Source: a virus (lineage: Duplodnaviria > Caudoviricetes). Taken from it: a stretch of 58,954 bases of DNA. This document shows positions 39,591-49,250 of this stretch, in pieces; position 1 is the first letter of the stretch; every line of letters begins with the position of its first letter. The position numbers were made by a program, and so were the translations under genes. The notes under the pieces are model-generated. The model was not told the DNA's origin, searched no databases, and was given only the letters and a program-made list of their open reading frames with translations. The DNA is taken from the IMG/VR virus record IMGVR_UViG_3300038436_000160, positions 1 through 58,954 of that record, one strand, 5' to 3'.

Positions 39591-40877
39591 ATGACAGATA
39601 TTTTAGAAAAATATTTTGATAAGCTATCGAAAGGTATTAAGGCTAAAGCCAAGAGCCTTTTGAGTAGATTTCGTGCGTATCTCAAGCGACTTGTTTTCCC
39701 TCTTTATTTATTTCCAATTAAGCTCATAAGCTACACTGCTTACTATTTAGTTACTTTTTCTTTTAAGTTCCTTATTTCCCTGATAAGGATAGTTATTGAT
39801 GTCATTGTCTTTCCGTTCAAAAGCTTGAAGAACTTCTTGAAAGCTATGTTTGTAATGGGAACCATGGTTTACATGATTGCTTCTTTGTTTGTAATTTTCG
39901 ACTACTTGTCCAAGGAGTATGGAAACCTCGACAAATTTTTCTGTGGCGTGGGCGTGCGAGATAAAGTACAAAACTCGGTAGTCAGAGTAGTTGGTGGTTA
40001 CTCAGAGGGTACTGGCTTCTTCATTGCCCCTGATCAGGTCTTGACTAACTTCCATGTTATTGCAGATGAACCAAGCCCAAAAGTGATCTTTCCTAATGGA
40101 GATTTCATTACAGTAACCAGGATTGTCGGGAATAAAGAAGCTGATCTGGCACTACTGTACACTAATGGTGTATATCCAGATTTAGTTATGCCTTTACCCG
40201 ATAGAGTGGCCGTACTGGAAGACGAACAATTGATTGCTGCAGGTTACCCGCTTGGGACCGGACTAACAGGCGATGCAACACTTCTCAAGGGAAGAATGAT
40301 TGACTTTAGGAAGTCCAAACAAACGCCTATGGCATACATCCAGACTGATATTAGCTTGGTCGAGGGTATGAGTGGTGGCCCACTGATTGATCAGTGTGGA
40401 GCAGTAGTTGGTGTTAACACCATGAGCTTGGCTGGTATCTCATTATTCATCAGTGCTGACTGGGCTAAAATGGCTGTACCTGATCTTACCGATCAAAATA
40501 TTACCAAAATTGAGGTTGATGCTTCAGTCTCACCCGAGAAAGCAGTCGAGGCGTTTTACACTTATCTTAAAGCTCGACGGATGGAAGACGGTTTCGCACT
40601 CCTGAGTCGTGAGTACCTAACAAAAACCAACTACGAGGAATGGACAAATAGATTTACTGACATTCTGGATGTCGATGTTATTTCCACCAAACCTTTTGAA
40701 GAAACCGATGATACTGTTTCTATTAAATTTTCGACTAAGAACTGGAACGATGGTGAAGTTGACTATCATTACTATGAGGGGACCTGGCAGACTGTCGAGG
40801 AAGATGGTATGTACAAGATGCTAAAAAGCAAGATAGTCGAGGTGGAGAATCCTGGTTGGGGTTGGTATTACGAGTAA
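39591..40877 (+). CDS. Membrane-anchored trypsin-like serine protease
   Basis: GTGFF, TNFHV, DLAL, GMSGGP; hydrophobic N-terminus. Confidence 0.85.
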   Translation: MTDILEKYFDKLSKGIKAKAKSLLSRFRAYLKRLVFPLYLFPIKLISYTAYYLVTFSFKFLISLIRIVIDVIVFPFKSLKNFLKAMFVMGTMVYMIASLFVIFDYLSKEYGNLDKFFCGVGVRDKVQNSVVRVVGGYSEGTGFFIAPDQVLTNFHVIADEPSPKVIFPNGDFITVTRIVGNKEADLALLYTNGVYPDLVMPLPDRVAVLEDEQLIAAGYPLGTGLTGDATLLKGRMIDFRKSKQTPMAYIQTDISLVEGMSGGPLIDQCGAVVGVNTMSLAGISLFISADWAKMAVPDLTDQNITKIEVDASVSPEKAVEAFYTYLKARRMEDGFALLSREYLTKTNYEEWTNRFTDILDVDVISTKPFEETDDTVSIKFSTKNWNDGEVDYHYYEGTWQTVEEDGMYKMLKSKIVEVENPGWGWYYE

Positions 40878-40885
40878 GATTAACT

Positions 40886-41455
40886 CTACTCAAAGGTTGC
40901 AGTTGATAAAATCTGCTCAGTAATTGCCTTATTTTCTTCTGTGTATGGAATAGTTGAGAAAGAGATCGGTTTGCTGTCTTTAATTATGTAAGTGGCATAT
41001 CTGGCTCTCGGGCCTTCAATTTGCCCTTCAACGCCTTTGTAGCCCCCTACAACCGTTTCACGAATGGTCAGAGGGTTCATTTCCTTTTTAATTCGTTCGA
41101 GTCCATCATCTGTGATATTTTCCTCTTGATATAAGCCATATAGTTTGTATGTTCCATCGTTTTTTTCTATGTAAAAACCCACACTCCTAATTACGCCTGA
41201 ATCGTCGGCTATCTCTTTTCGGAAGGTCATCCCATCAGGAACTGTGATATAGAGTCCAACAGGACTGATGAATTGTTCATTGGGTGCGAGATCCCTACTT
41301 GGTTTTTTATCAGGAGTTGCTGGTTTCTGAGCCACTGGAGCGGGGGTGGGTGATATCGAGGATGTGTTATTTAGAGAGGATAGTGTCTTTATTCCCAAAC
41401 TGATGGCTACTATAGCTATGATGCATATTAAGAATGTTTTCAGCTTCATATACAT
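40886..41455 (-). CDS. Membrane-anchored PsbP-like fold protein
   Basis: N-terminal TM, Pro-rich linker, ITVPDG, EQILSTATFE. Confidence 0.55.
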   Translation of the reverse strand: MYMKLKTFLICIIAIVAISLGIKTLSSLNNTSSISPTPAPVAQKPATPDKKPSRDLAPNEQFISPVGLYITVPDGMTFRKEIADDSGVIRSVGFYIEKNDGTYKLYGLYQEENITDDGLERIKKEMNPLTIRETVVGGYKGVEGQIEGPRARYATYIIKDSKPISFSTIPYTEENKAITEQILSTATFE

Positions 41456-41473
41456 ATTTTACTAGATTTTTTA

Positions 41474-41998
41474 CTAGTTATCCGGTGTTTTCTGATTTTC
41501 AGCTGGTAAATCATTTGGCATGAATATGTAATTGTAGCTGTCTCCTTGTAGGTAATTGGGGCGGTTGAGCAAAATGTTTGCGACTTCTTGTGTGGGCAAC
41601 CCCTTTTTTAGCTGATAGTAGGCATTGACGTCTATAGTATTGTTGCCCACCTTGAGAGCACCTGACTTTCCTGGTAGGTTATCCTTTGTTTGTTCTAATG
41701 CCCTCCTTAACGTTTCTTTGTCTTTTATAAGACTGTATTCGTGAAGGTTTTTTACTACTTCATCGAGGGTGGTGTCTTTTGTTATAAAAAATGAGAAGTC
41801 GTTCTCTGCGAATTGTTTTGCTTCCTCAGCAGACATACCTAGTTTTTCAATGAAGTAGTCATCTAATTCTTTACTGCCCGAATTGAATATTGATATCTTG
41901 AGCCCATCTGTCAGGCCGTACGAAAAATAGAAATATGATCCTATGCCTATTACTAGGCACCCTAAGACAATAATTAGTATTTCCTTAACCTTTTTCAT
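41474..41998 (-). CDS. Membrane protein with MltG N-terminal-like subdomain
   Basis: Paralogous to 44733-45371 (NLH.Y..K..E..AL...DN.PG..GA.KVG.NTID..ANILLN). Confidence 0.6.
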   Translation of the reverse strand: MKKVKEILIIVLGCLVIGIGSYFYFSYGLTDGLKISIFNSGSKELDDYFIEKLGMSAEEAKQFAENDFSFFITKDTTLDEVVKNLHEYSLIKDKETLRRALEQTKDNLPGKSGALKVGNNTIDVNAYYQLKKGLPTQEVANILLNRPNYLQGDSYNYIFMPNDLPAENQKTPDN

Positions 41999-42026
41999 AT
42001 TAATTTCATATAAGTTATCTTTTTTA

Positions 42027-42073
42027 GGGATAGAGCCAGACCAGCCCCTTGCGAGGCTGGTGCTGACTTTCCC
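42027..42073 (-). terminator. GCAA-tetraloop hairpin after 42080-42706
   Basis: CCAGCCUC-GCAA-GGGGCUGG. Confidence 0.5.
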
Positions 42074-42079
42074 ACGACC

Positions 42080-42706
42080 TTAATCCCTTCTTACGTGATT
42101 ACCAGGACAGTTGGAACTCCATTGTCCAGATTCATAACACTTCTGAACTTCGTCAAATCCGATCTGTCTTGATGGACTCTCGTAAGTGACATCTGTTAGC
42201 CAGGTATTCATGATCTGAGTAAAATTCTCAGTTCGTGAACCCGGTGTCACCCAGATGTTAGAGTACGAATTTTGGTTTATAGTGAAGTTGTATCCACTTC
42301 CACCAGCATACGTAATCGTATATGGTGCCGCAGTGGTTGTAGCATAGTTGCTTGGGATAAAAGCGAACCAGTACCACCATCCACCAGCATTACCCATATT
42401 CCAGCGGGCGTAGTTGCTCTGAGAGCTACCTGAGTAGGTCTTCCACATACTGCGGGATACAGTGTTGTATGGTGAATTGTGTGCACACTCACCGTGTTCA
42501 CACCAGTTGTTGCCTGAAGGGGCATTACACCATCCCATACTGCCATGTTCCCACCAGTATTCACTCGGACCAAACCTATCGAAGTAACCTCCACCTGTAC
42601 AGTAAATAGATGCTTCGCCATAGGCAGAGACACTATTGACTGCGGAGAAGCCAAAGACGACTACTAAGGCCAATGCTAGAAAGATTTTTGATACTAAATT
42701 TTTCAT
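42080..42706 (-). CDS. Secreted Cys/Trp-rich protein with golvesin/CBM-like domain
   Basis: Signal peptide; YARW..FIPSNYATTTAAPYTI..INQ..WV. Confidence 0.6.
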   Translation of the reverse strand: MKNLVSKIFLALALVVVFGFSAVNSVSAYGEASIYCTGGGYFDRFGPSEYWWEHGSMGWCNAPSGNNWCEHGECAHNSPYNTVSRSMWKTYSGSSQSNYARWNMGNAGGWWYWFAFIPSNYATTTAAPYTITYAGGSGYNFTINQNSYSNIWVTPGSRTENFTQIMNTWLTDVTYESPSRQIGFDEVQKCYESGQWSSNCPGNHVRRD

Positions 42707-43491
42707 AGTTGATCAAAAAAGCCTGCATTGATGTAGCCAATCAATTGCCCACCTTGGGTATAAGCAACGTACAAGAAAGGTTGTACTCCATCGGCTATCT
42801 TTTCACCTTCCCAAGTGTAGAAGAATGTCCCGACTTTTTGATTCTTCTCAAGTTTCAAAGAATCAAGGTTCACGCCTAGTTTTTGTGACTCGATTAATTC
42901 TCGAGCTTTTTGCTCTAACTGAGCATCGTTATAGCGTGGCGTCATATCTTCATACTGTTTTGGTTCACCAACTTCTTTTGGTCGGACATACATCTCGAGC
43001 ATTTTGTTGGTTTGTGGGTCAACGGTGAATTGATAATCCTGAGAGAAGTAACGCTCTGCACCAACTCGTTTGGTACCTTGAACTTGTCCTGAGCGACCAG
43101 CATATTGGATTGCCTGTTTAGGCATTCCTTCTGCAGTTGGATGGAGATACTTATCGTTCCATTCATTGATAGCTGTGATAGTTTTCGATCTATCCTCTGC
43201 AGGCCTTGCGGTTAGCTCACGAATTTCAGCACCTACTTCTTTCTCTAGTCGTAGCAAGTCTTCTGCTGTTTTACCGGCATAGACTTTTTCGCCAAATTGA
43301 TTGGTAGTAAATTCACCATTCTTTTTAGCGTCTTCAACTGCATCTAGATACTTTTGTTGGAGAGCTTCAACCTTCGCTTGTTTCTGGTCTTGCTGCGCGC
43401 CTACTGGGCTAGTCTTTGTAAGACTAAAGCCTACAAAAGCTGATATTGCAAGCAAGGGAAGGATTACGAGCATTTTTTTTGGATATCGCAT
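42703..43491 (-). CDS. Secreted protein paralogous to the anti-sigma ectodomain
   Basis: FTVD..TN..EM, D.TP.Y, WEG and YTQGGQLI shared with 45469-46374. Confidence 0.7.
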   Translation of the reverse strand: MRYPKKMLVILPLLAISAFVGFSLTKTSPVGAQQDQKQAKVEALQQKYLDAVEDAKKNGEFTTNQFGEKVYAGKTAEDLLRLEKEVGAEIRELTARPAEDRSKTITAINEWNDKYLHPTAEGMPKQAIQYAGRSGQVQGTKRVGAERYFSQDYQFTVDPQTNKMLEMYVRPKEVGEPKQYEDMTPRYNDAQLEQKARELIESQKLGVNLDSLKLEKNQKVGTFFYTWEGEKIADGVQPFLYVAYTQGGQLIGYINAGFFDQL

Positions 43492-43748
43492 AGCTTTTTA
43501 TTTTTTCACCTCCTTTCTACAGCTTTAGTTATAAATAAACCCGGATTTCGCTGTTAACCTGGGTTTGCAAAGGAAGGGAAAATGGTCGAGACTGATTACA
43601 CGGTGTCGGAATTTTGTACTGAAGAAGAGGGAGTGGTGTAAGTATATTCATACTATTCTTACTTCTCATATTTCCATGATTGCAGAACATTTTCTAAATG
43701 TCAAGTTCTGTTTATTAGTGGTGATTATAAAACTCTAAAGGGAGTGAA

Positions 43749-44726
43749 TTAGCGGAGATATCGGTCTATATTCAACTCATGTTCTGCGAAGGAGGCACTG
43801 CAATGGATCACTCCATCGCTGTCGTGAAGGTAGTAAATGCAGTCTGTTTCTTGTGGATTTAGGACTGCATCAATGGCATCCATTCCTGGATTAGAAATTG
43901 GGTGTGGCGGTAAGCCTTTATTGAGGTAGGTGTTGAATGGTGATTCCAGACTTCTGGTTTCACTCCCTTTAATCGGTGTCCACCAGCCCTTTTCTGTCTT
44001 TCCTCTGGCGTATTGTACTGTAGCATCTATCTCGAGTTGCTTATTTTTGTCGAGTCTATTCCATAAGATACCTGCGATTAAAGGCATATCGTGGGATCCT
44101 GCAGCCTCACGTTGGATGATAGAGGCTAGGGTGAGTGCCGTTGTCCATTTTATGTTTTTAGCTGCAAACATGTCTGGGTATCCTTGAAACCTTTCGTTGA
44201 AGCGATTGATCATCCTCTTGGCTGTATCAAGTCCATTTTCATCGACTGGAATGAGGTAAGTATCGGGGAAGTAAACTCCTTCCCGGTAATCGTACTGCAT
44301 GGCTGTATAAGTGTTGTTCCATTTTTCCAGTTCTTCGTTAGTCCAGTGGAGCTGCTTTGCAAGACGTTCGCCAATTTCTTCTTTCCGGAGTCCTTCAGGG
44401 AAAGTGATCCATTTGAGCTGTGGTTCTGAAGTTAGAATCATAACTAATTCTCTGGCACTCATACTCTGAGAAATTTTGTATCCACCTGGTTCAATCCCTC
44501 CAAATCGCAAAGTCATTAAACGGGCTATTGGTAGTATCCATCGGGACTTGATGTATCCACCCTCTACTAGTCTTTCAGTGGTCTGGTTTTGGTTCGTTTT
44601 ACTGATGGTGAAAACGCTGATGTTTGCTTGTTTCTGTGAAGCACTTGTCAATAAAAATCCTAAGATGATAAAGATAACTAGTGAGATGGGTATTATAAAG
44701 AGTGGATTTTTAAAGTTAAATTGCAT
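43749..44726 (-). CDS. mltG: Endolytic transglycosylase MltG
   Basis: FPEGLR, EGVYFPDTY, LASIIQREA, LEIDAT, SPFNTY..GLPPHPISNPG. Confidence 0.9.
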   Translation of the reverse strand: MQFNFKNPLFIIPISLVIFIILGFLLTSASQKQANISVFTISKTNQNQTTERLVEGGYIKSRWILPIARLMTLRFGGIEPGGYKISQSMSARELVMILTSEPQLKWITFPEGLRKEEIGERLAKQLHWTNEELEKWNNTYTAMQYDYREGVYFPDTYLIPVDENGLDTAKRMINRFNERFQGYPDMFAAKNIKWTTALTLASIIQREAAGSHDMPLIAGILWNRLDKNKQLEIDATVQYARGKTEKGWWTPIKGSETRSLESPFNTYLNKGLPPHPISNPGMDAIDAVLNPQETDCIYYLHDSDGVIHCSASFAEHELNIDRYLR

Positions 44727-44732
44727 ACCGTT

Positions 44733-45371
44733 TTATGGTGAAGGTTGGTCACTCCACCCTTCCTTGCCTTGAGTAAATTCTCTACCATCAGGGGAGACGC
44801 AAAGTCGTATTCCAGTTCGTTCGTAATATTGTTCTGAGGACAACTGTCCTCCGTCACTTCCTATCGCATCCGCACAATCTTCATATGTCTTGACCCATTG
44901 GTACTTCACCTGCATTCTCTCTTTCAAGGTAGGGGCAACATCTCCACCTGGGAGTAGCTCGGGGGTAAAGGGGTGTGAGTTTGGACATCCGTGATCACAG
45001 TTACTTGGACTTGGGGTACCCTGATTAAGAAGTATGTTTGCTATCTCCCATGCGGTCATTGATTGAGATATGTTGTAAGAGGATTCCGTGTCTATGGTAT
45101 TACTCCCAACTTTAATTGCACCCTCATTACCTGGAGTGTTATCTCTAGAATTTTTGAGAGCATCCAGGAAGGCTTCCTCATTTTTTACAAATCCGTAGTA
45201 ATGAAGGTTCCCTGTAACCGCCGTAATTGTATTTTGTTTTGATATCCTGAATTCCATCATCGGTGCGTTTGTTCTGGGAGCGGCAAATCTCTCTCCGCTG
45301 TTTTTCTTCCAGGCGAAGGCTAATGTCGAGAGTATCAGTATTAAGATGATTGCACTTATTATCTTTTTCAT
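44733..45371 (-). CDS. MltG N-terminal-like domain protein with Cys-rich C-terminus
   Basis: Signal/TM; YNISQSMTAWEI resembles the MltG YKISQSMSAREL; C..PDGREF tail. Confidence 0.6.
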   Translation of the reverse strand: MKKIISAIILILILSTLAFAWKKNSGERFAAPRTNAPMMEFRISKQNTITAVTGNLHYYGFVKNEEAFLDALKNSRDNTPGNEGAIKVGSNTIDTESSYNISQSMTAWEIANILLNQGTPSPSNCDHGCPNSHPFTPELLPGGDVAPTLKERMQVKYQWVKTYEDCADAIGSDGGQLSSEQYYERTGIRLCVSPDGREFTQGKEGWSDQPSP

Positions 45372-45468
45372 ATATTTACAGGCATCACCATTCTTGAACC
45401 AAGTATACCGGCTCATATCAAGAATATCCATACAATTCTTACTTTTACTACTTTTCCGAGAAATCTGG

Positions 45469-46374
45469 CTAATTTTTCAATTCATTTAAGAAGTGAATAA
45501 GCTGACCACCTTGAGTATATGTGATAAGTACTGTGCCATTATTTCCTTCCCACTTCAAAAAATAGGTTAACTGGTTTTCTTCGGCACCCTTAGATTCTAC
45601 CTCTAGTGTCATATCGTTCAGCTTTATCTTTCCTAAAGCCAACTCGTGCTCATTGATGAATTCTAGAGCCAGTTTTTTGACTCCCTCTTGTGAATAATGT
45701 GGAGTAAAATCGTAATCCTTTTGAGGACTAAACCAGCGGGAGCCGTCTTTATTTGTACCCCAGGTGCCTTCCTTTGGTGACATTTCAATTACCAGATTAG
45801 TCTTGGTATCTACGGTGAATCGGTCAAAGTCAACGGTATAGCTTTCTGTTTGAGGCTGTTCATCGGGATTACTGTTCGGATTCCTCACACATTCATACTC
45901 AACGTTGGCATCAGGCCTGTCCAGAAAATCCCTGACTGCTTCAACGGCTTTTTCGCGCTCTTCAGCCGGTCTTGCACTGACAAGACACCACTCTTTCTGA
46001 GCCTGTTGATACTTTTGAGTACCTTTGTCCCTGTAGCTGGGGTCATTGTTCAAAAGGTTAGATAGTTCCTGCTGAAGCGCATTTCTCAGGTTCAAGAGCA
46101 TCTCTATAACTGAGCCTCTCGCCATCACGTTGGTCGCAGTGAAACTTATTAATAAAACGCCTAAAACAACTACAGCAAAAGCGTAGGGGATTCTTATGTT
46201 TAGAAAGTCCCAGAATGGCCGCGGTGCTTGAGAGAATGATTTATCTAATTTTTCTTCTAACTTCTGTTCTTCTCTTACTCGAGCCAATATTTGACTCTCT
46301 AAAGCGCTAATGTGCTTGAACTCTTTTTTGCTCTCCTGAAGGAAGAATGATCGGATAATGTTTTTTAGTCTCAT
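45469..46374 (-). CDS. Putative transmembrane anti-sigma factor
   Basis: Overlaps the sigma stop; cytoplasmic N-terminus, one TM, ectodomain. Confidence 0.65.
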   Translation of the reverse strand: MRLKNIIRSFFLQESKKEFKHISALESQILARVREEQKLEEKLDKSFSQAPRPFWDFLNIRIPYAFAVVVLGVLLISFTATNVMARGSVIEMLLNLRNALQQELSNLLNNDPSYRDKGTQKYQQAQKEWCLVSARPAEEREKAVEAVRDFLDRPDANVEYECVRNPNSNPDEQPQTESYTVDFDRFTVDTKTNLVIEMSPKEGTWGTNKDGSRWFSPQKDYDFTPHYSQEGVKKLALEFINEHELALGKIKLNDMTLEVESKGAEENQLTYFLKWEGNNGTVLITYTQGGQLIHFLNELKN

Positions 46375-46874
46375 ATCAGTGATTCTTTGAGCTTAACTAT
46401 AGCTCTATAAAAACGCATCTTAACTGCTGCTTCTTTTGAATCGAGGGCAGTAGCGATATCACAAAACTGCATATCCTCGGTAACCCGTAGCCTGATGATT
46501 TCCTGTTCGGCTGGCTTGAGCTTTTTAAGTGCTGCGGTAACTTTCTTTATATCTTCTTCCTGGGTGATTTTTGCCTCAAGCATAACCTCAACATCACTAT
46601 CATCAAAAAGTTCAATGTTATTCTGCTCGATAGACAGGTGGTTATTATGCTTTGACCTGAGCATGTCCGTAATTACGTGACGGCAAATAATAAGGAGCCA
46701 ACTTTTCAACTCACCCTCGCTTTTGAATTTAAAGTTTGTGTATGCTTTCATAGCCTTTAAAAATGTTTCCTGGACGACATCATCAATGTCATCCTGTTGG
46801 GACAGGGACTTTTTCGCAAAAAAATAAACTAATCTGATGTAATCTCTGACTACATCTTCAAAAGGTGGTTTCAT
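46371..46874 (-). CDS. ECF sigma-70 factor
   Basis: DDVVQETFLKA, KSWL, EAAVKMRFYRA. Confidence 0.9.
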   Translation of the reverse strand: MKPPFEDVVRDYIRLVYFFAKKSLSQQDDIDDVVQETFLKAMKAYTNFKFKSEGELKSWLLIICRHVITDMLRSKHNNHLSIEQNNIELFDDSDVEVMLEAKITQEEDIKKVTAALKKLKPAEQEIIRLRVTEDMQFCDIATALDSKEAAVKMRFYRAIVKLKESLI

Positions 46875-46988
46875 TTTGTTTTATTTGTCCTGTCCCACCC
46901 TTCTACTAAAGTAAACGGATGAGTTAGGAAAAGTAACATTTTTACTTCTTACACAATTATAGCTAAATTCTTAAGAAGAGGCTTGGGG

Positions 46989-47129
46989 TTATTGCTCAGT
47001 AGAAGGGGCTAGGTTTATTTTCTTCATCAACGCTTTGATTTCGTTAACCAGGGTCTGAGCTTTATCGAGCTTTTTGAGAATAATGTATTTGATTTTTTGT
47101 TCTTCATCGAAGTCTATTTTTTGTGTCAT
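46989..47129 (-). CDS. 46-aa hypothetical protein (below the ORF-track cutoff)
   Basis: MTQKIDFDEEQKIKYIILKKLDKAQTLVNEIKALMKKINLAPSTEQ; ATGA overlap and GGAGGTG SD. Confidence 0.55.
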   Translation of the reverse strand: MTQKIDFDEEQKIKYIILKKLDKAQTLVNEIKALMKKINLAPSTEQ

Positions 47130-47308
47130 GTTTCCGTCACCTCCCATTGTTTTTTGTATTTTCGATAGTTTGTCATTATTTCCAGGATTTTCTCTCTGGA
47201 GAGACCTGATAGTTTTACAACGTTTCTGAGATCAAACATATTGGTTTCGCCGGAATTCTGTACTTTTAAGTACGCTTGAAAATCCTCTTTTGTTATCGTA
47301 ATAGCCAT
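47126..47308 (-). CDS. DUF5049-like small phage protein
   Basis: VQNSGETNMFD motif. Confidence 0.6.
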   Translation of the reverse strand: MAITITKEDFQAYLKVQNSGETNMFDLRNVVKLSGLSREKILEIMTNYRKYKKQWEVTET

Positions 47309-47418
47309 AGGACTCCTTTAATTGCTAATAGGGCGATAACAATGACGTAAATGAAACCGAAGAAGTAAGCTAAACGTTTTTCTAACTTGGGGTCGGCGTA
47401 GTTTTCTTGGCGTTTCAT
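47293..47418 (-). CDS. Small single-TM protein
   Basis: MKRQENY start with a hydrophobic C-terminal half. Confidence 0.45.
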   Translation of the reverse strand: MKRQENYADPKLEKRLAYFFGFIYVIVIALLAIKGVLWLLR

Positions 47419-47470
47419 AGCGATGCAACAAGCAATTATCATCAAACAACTCAGGAAGTCAAACTTTATT

Positions 47471-47692
47471 CTATAGTTCGACATCGCTTTGCTTTTTGGG
47501 TGTTTCTCCGGCACTACCACCTTCTTTAGGGTCTATTCTTTGTTGTTCTGTGATTTCCTTGCGGTAAGGCTTGCCGTTCTGTATAAACACTTCAACCTTA
47601 CCGAATTTAACCGCTCGGATGTCCTCAATGATTTTGGCTTCTGCCGGTGTAACAGCGATGGTGGTAATGGTTGGTTTATTTGTTTGGCTCAT
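47471..47692 (-). CDS. DUF2292/YezD-like small protein
   Basis: IIEDIRAVKFGKVEVFIQNGKPYRKEITEQQRI matches the FG.V...V.DG....E..E pattern; overlaps the terL end. Confidence 0.7.
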   Translation of the reverse strand: MSQTNKPTITTIAVTPAEAKIIEDIRAVKFGKVEVFIQNGKPYRKEITEQQRIDPKEGGSAGETPKKQSDVEL

Positions 47693-49250
47693 ATTTGAGT
47701 CTTTTCTTCATGGCTATCTGCCAATAAATAAGTGATAGCCAGAAATCATTTGGTCCGGTGTTGGCCCACTCACGTTTTGCCTGACCAAACTTGTCTGTGA
47801 CTGTTCTCGCATACATTGTCTGGGCATGGGTAATAAGGAGCTTGAAAGCTGGATTACTTGCTGGCACGGCAAATTTAATATCTCCACGCCTGAGTGCTGA
47901 GATAGTGTCGTCCATGATTCTGGTACGGGAGGAGAAGACTTTTACTTCATCCTCAAAAACCGCGTCTTTACTTTCTTTCTCATCAAAAAAGCGAATAACC
48001 TCAAGCATTTTGGGGTCATCTTTGAACCAGCTCAGGTAAACCCTGTAAGGAAATTCCTTGGCCAGGTCAAAGGCTTCTGCGGTATAAGGTTGACCATCGA
48101 TAACAACAACTCTCACATCAAAAAACTTAATCAAATCGGAGGTTTGCTTCCAGCGATCTTGGCCTTCATTGTCTTGGAGAATGCCGATCCAAAATATGCC
48201 TTTATTATTGCCAATCATTACGTGATTGCCTTTGCCGGTTCCCATGCCCGTATCAATGCCCATAACGTTATATTCACCTGTGGTGTCGGCTTTTGTTTCA
48301 GTTACATTGCGAATAAAGAGGCTGGCTGGAATCTTCTGGTCGGTAGCAAGATATGGCAACCCTAGCACAAAGTTGAAGAAGTAAGTGTCATCATCTGCGT
48401 CTTTTCGTTCTTTGATAAGATCTATCGCTGTTCTCCAAGGACAGTGCATTTGGCTAATCCAGTATCCGGAGATGGGCCTGCCTGGGAAGCGGGCTTCCCA
48501 GCTCCCTAACTCACCGATTTCTTTAGACGTGAGTTCTTTCTTACAGTTTTGACAGTAGTAAATTCCTCTTTCTTCATCAACATTTTTCTCCCATTCCATG
48601 TGTTGCCTATAGTCACAGTTCGGGCAGTTGAAGCGCCAGTGTTTCTGGTCGGATTGTTCAAAAAGTTTATTAATCCCGAAGTCGGGGATGGTTGGTGTTG
48701 ACAGGAAATGTTGACTTCTTACTTTTGAGTAACCCATCCGGGAAGTGTAATCCCTGACTACCTCAGGTTTCGATTTATCCAGTTCATCATGAATATTTCT
48801 GTCGGATGTAAGCATAATTGCCTCCCGACCTGTAAACGTACCCTTGAAGTGTATAAAGGCCTTACCGAATTGTTTCTGCTCTACGGAGTCAATGTTTTTA
48901 GAATCAACTCCCTCTTTTATGCAGGGGTTTGTCCTGATAATTTGATTCACTTTGCTTGGAACAAATTTGAGGACGTCATCAGTGGTTGGCAGGGTATAGA
49001 TCTGACCAATACCCCAAAATCTTGCTGCGTGCAAAACTCTCAATATCTCCATGGTACTCGCTCCGACCTGTGAAGCTTTTTGTATAACCTGAATCCGGGA
49101 AGTGTCGCGATAAATGTCGACCATAAACCTATGGTTTTCAAATTCGATAAGCTCACCGTTTTCATTTTTAATTTTGTTTCTTGAGATCCAGTAATCAACA
49201 CCGGCTTTTTCAAGATTTTTTATTATTTCCAGATTTCCGTCTTGCATCAT
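47676..49250 (-). CDS. terL: Terminase large subunit (GpA-like ATPase, Zn finger, RNase H-fold nuclease)
   Basis: QKASQVGAST, HDELD, STPT, CPNC..CQNC, FFNFVLGLPY, MGIDTG. Confidence 0.9.
   Translation of the reverse strand: MMQDGNLEIIKNLEKAGVDYWISRNKIKNENGELIEFENHRFMVDIYRDTSRIQVIQKASQVGASTMEILRVLHAARFWGIGQIYTLPTTDDVLKFVPSKVNQIIRTNPCIKEGVDSKNIDSVEQKQFGKAFIHFKGTFTGREAIMLTSDRNIHDELDKSKPEVVRDYTSRMGYSKVRSQHFLSTPTIPDFGINKLFEQSDQKHWRFNCPNCDYRQHMEWEKNVDEERGIYYCQNCKKELTSKEIGELGSWEARFPGRPISGYWISQMHCPWRTAIDLIKERKDADDDTYFFNFVLGLPYLATDQKIPASLFIRNVTETKADTTGEYNVMGIDTGMGTGKGNHVMIGNNKGIFWIGILQDNEGQDRWKQTSDLIKFFDVRVVVIDGQPYTAEAFDLAKEFPYRVYLSWFKDDPKMLEVIRFFDEKESKDAVFEDEVKVFSSRTRIMDDTISALRRGDIKFAVPASNPAFKLLITHAQTMYARTVTDKFGQAKREWANTGPNDFWLSLIYWQIAMKKRLKYEPNK

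Noticed and set aside
46912-46938. ECF autoregulatory promoter TGTTAC-15-CGTTTA
   Set aside because: Imperfect match and no second copy found by eye
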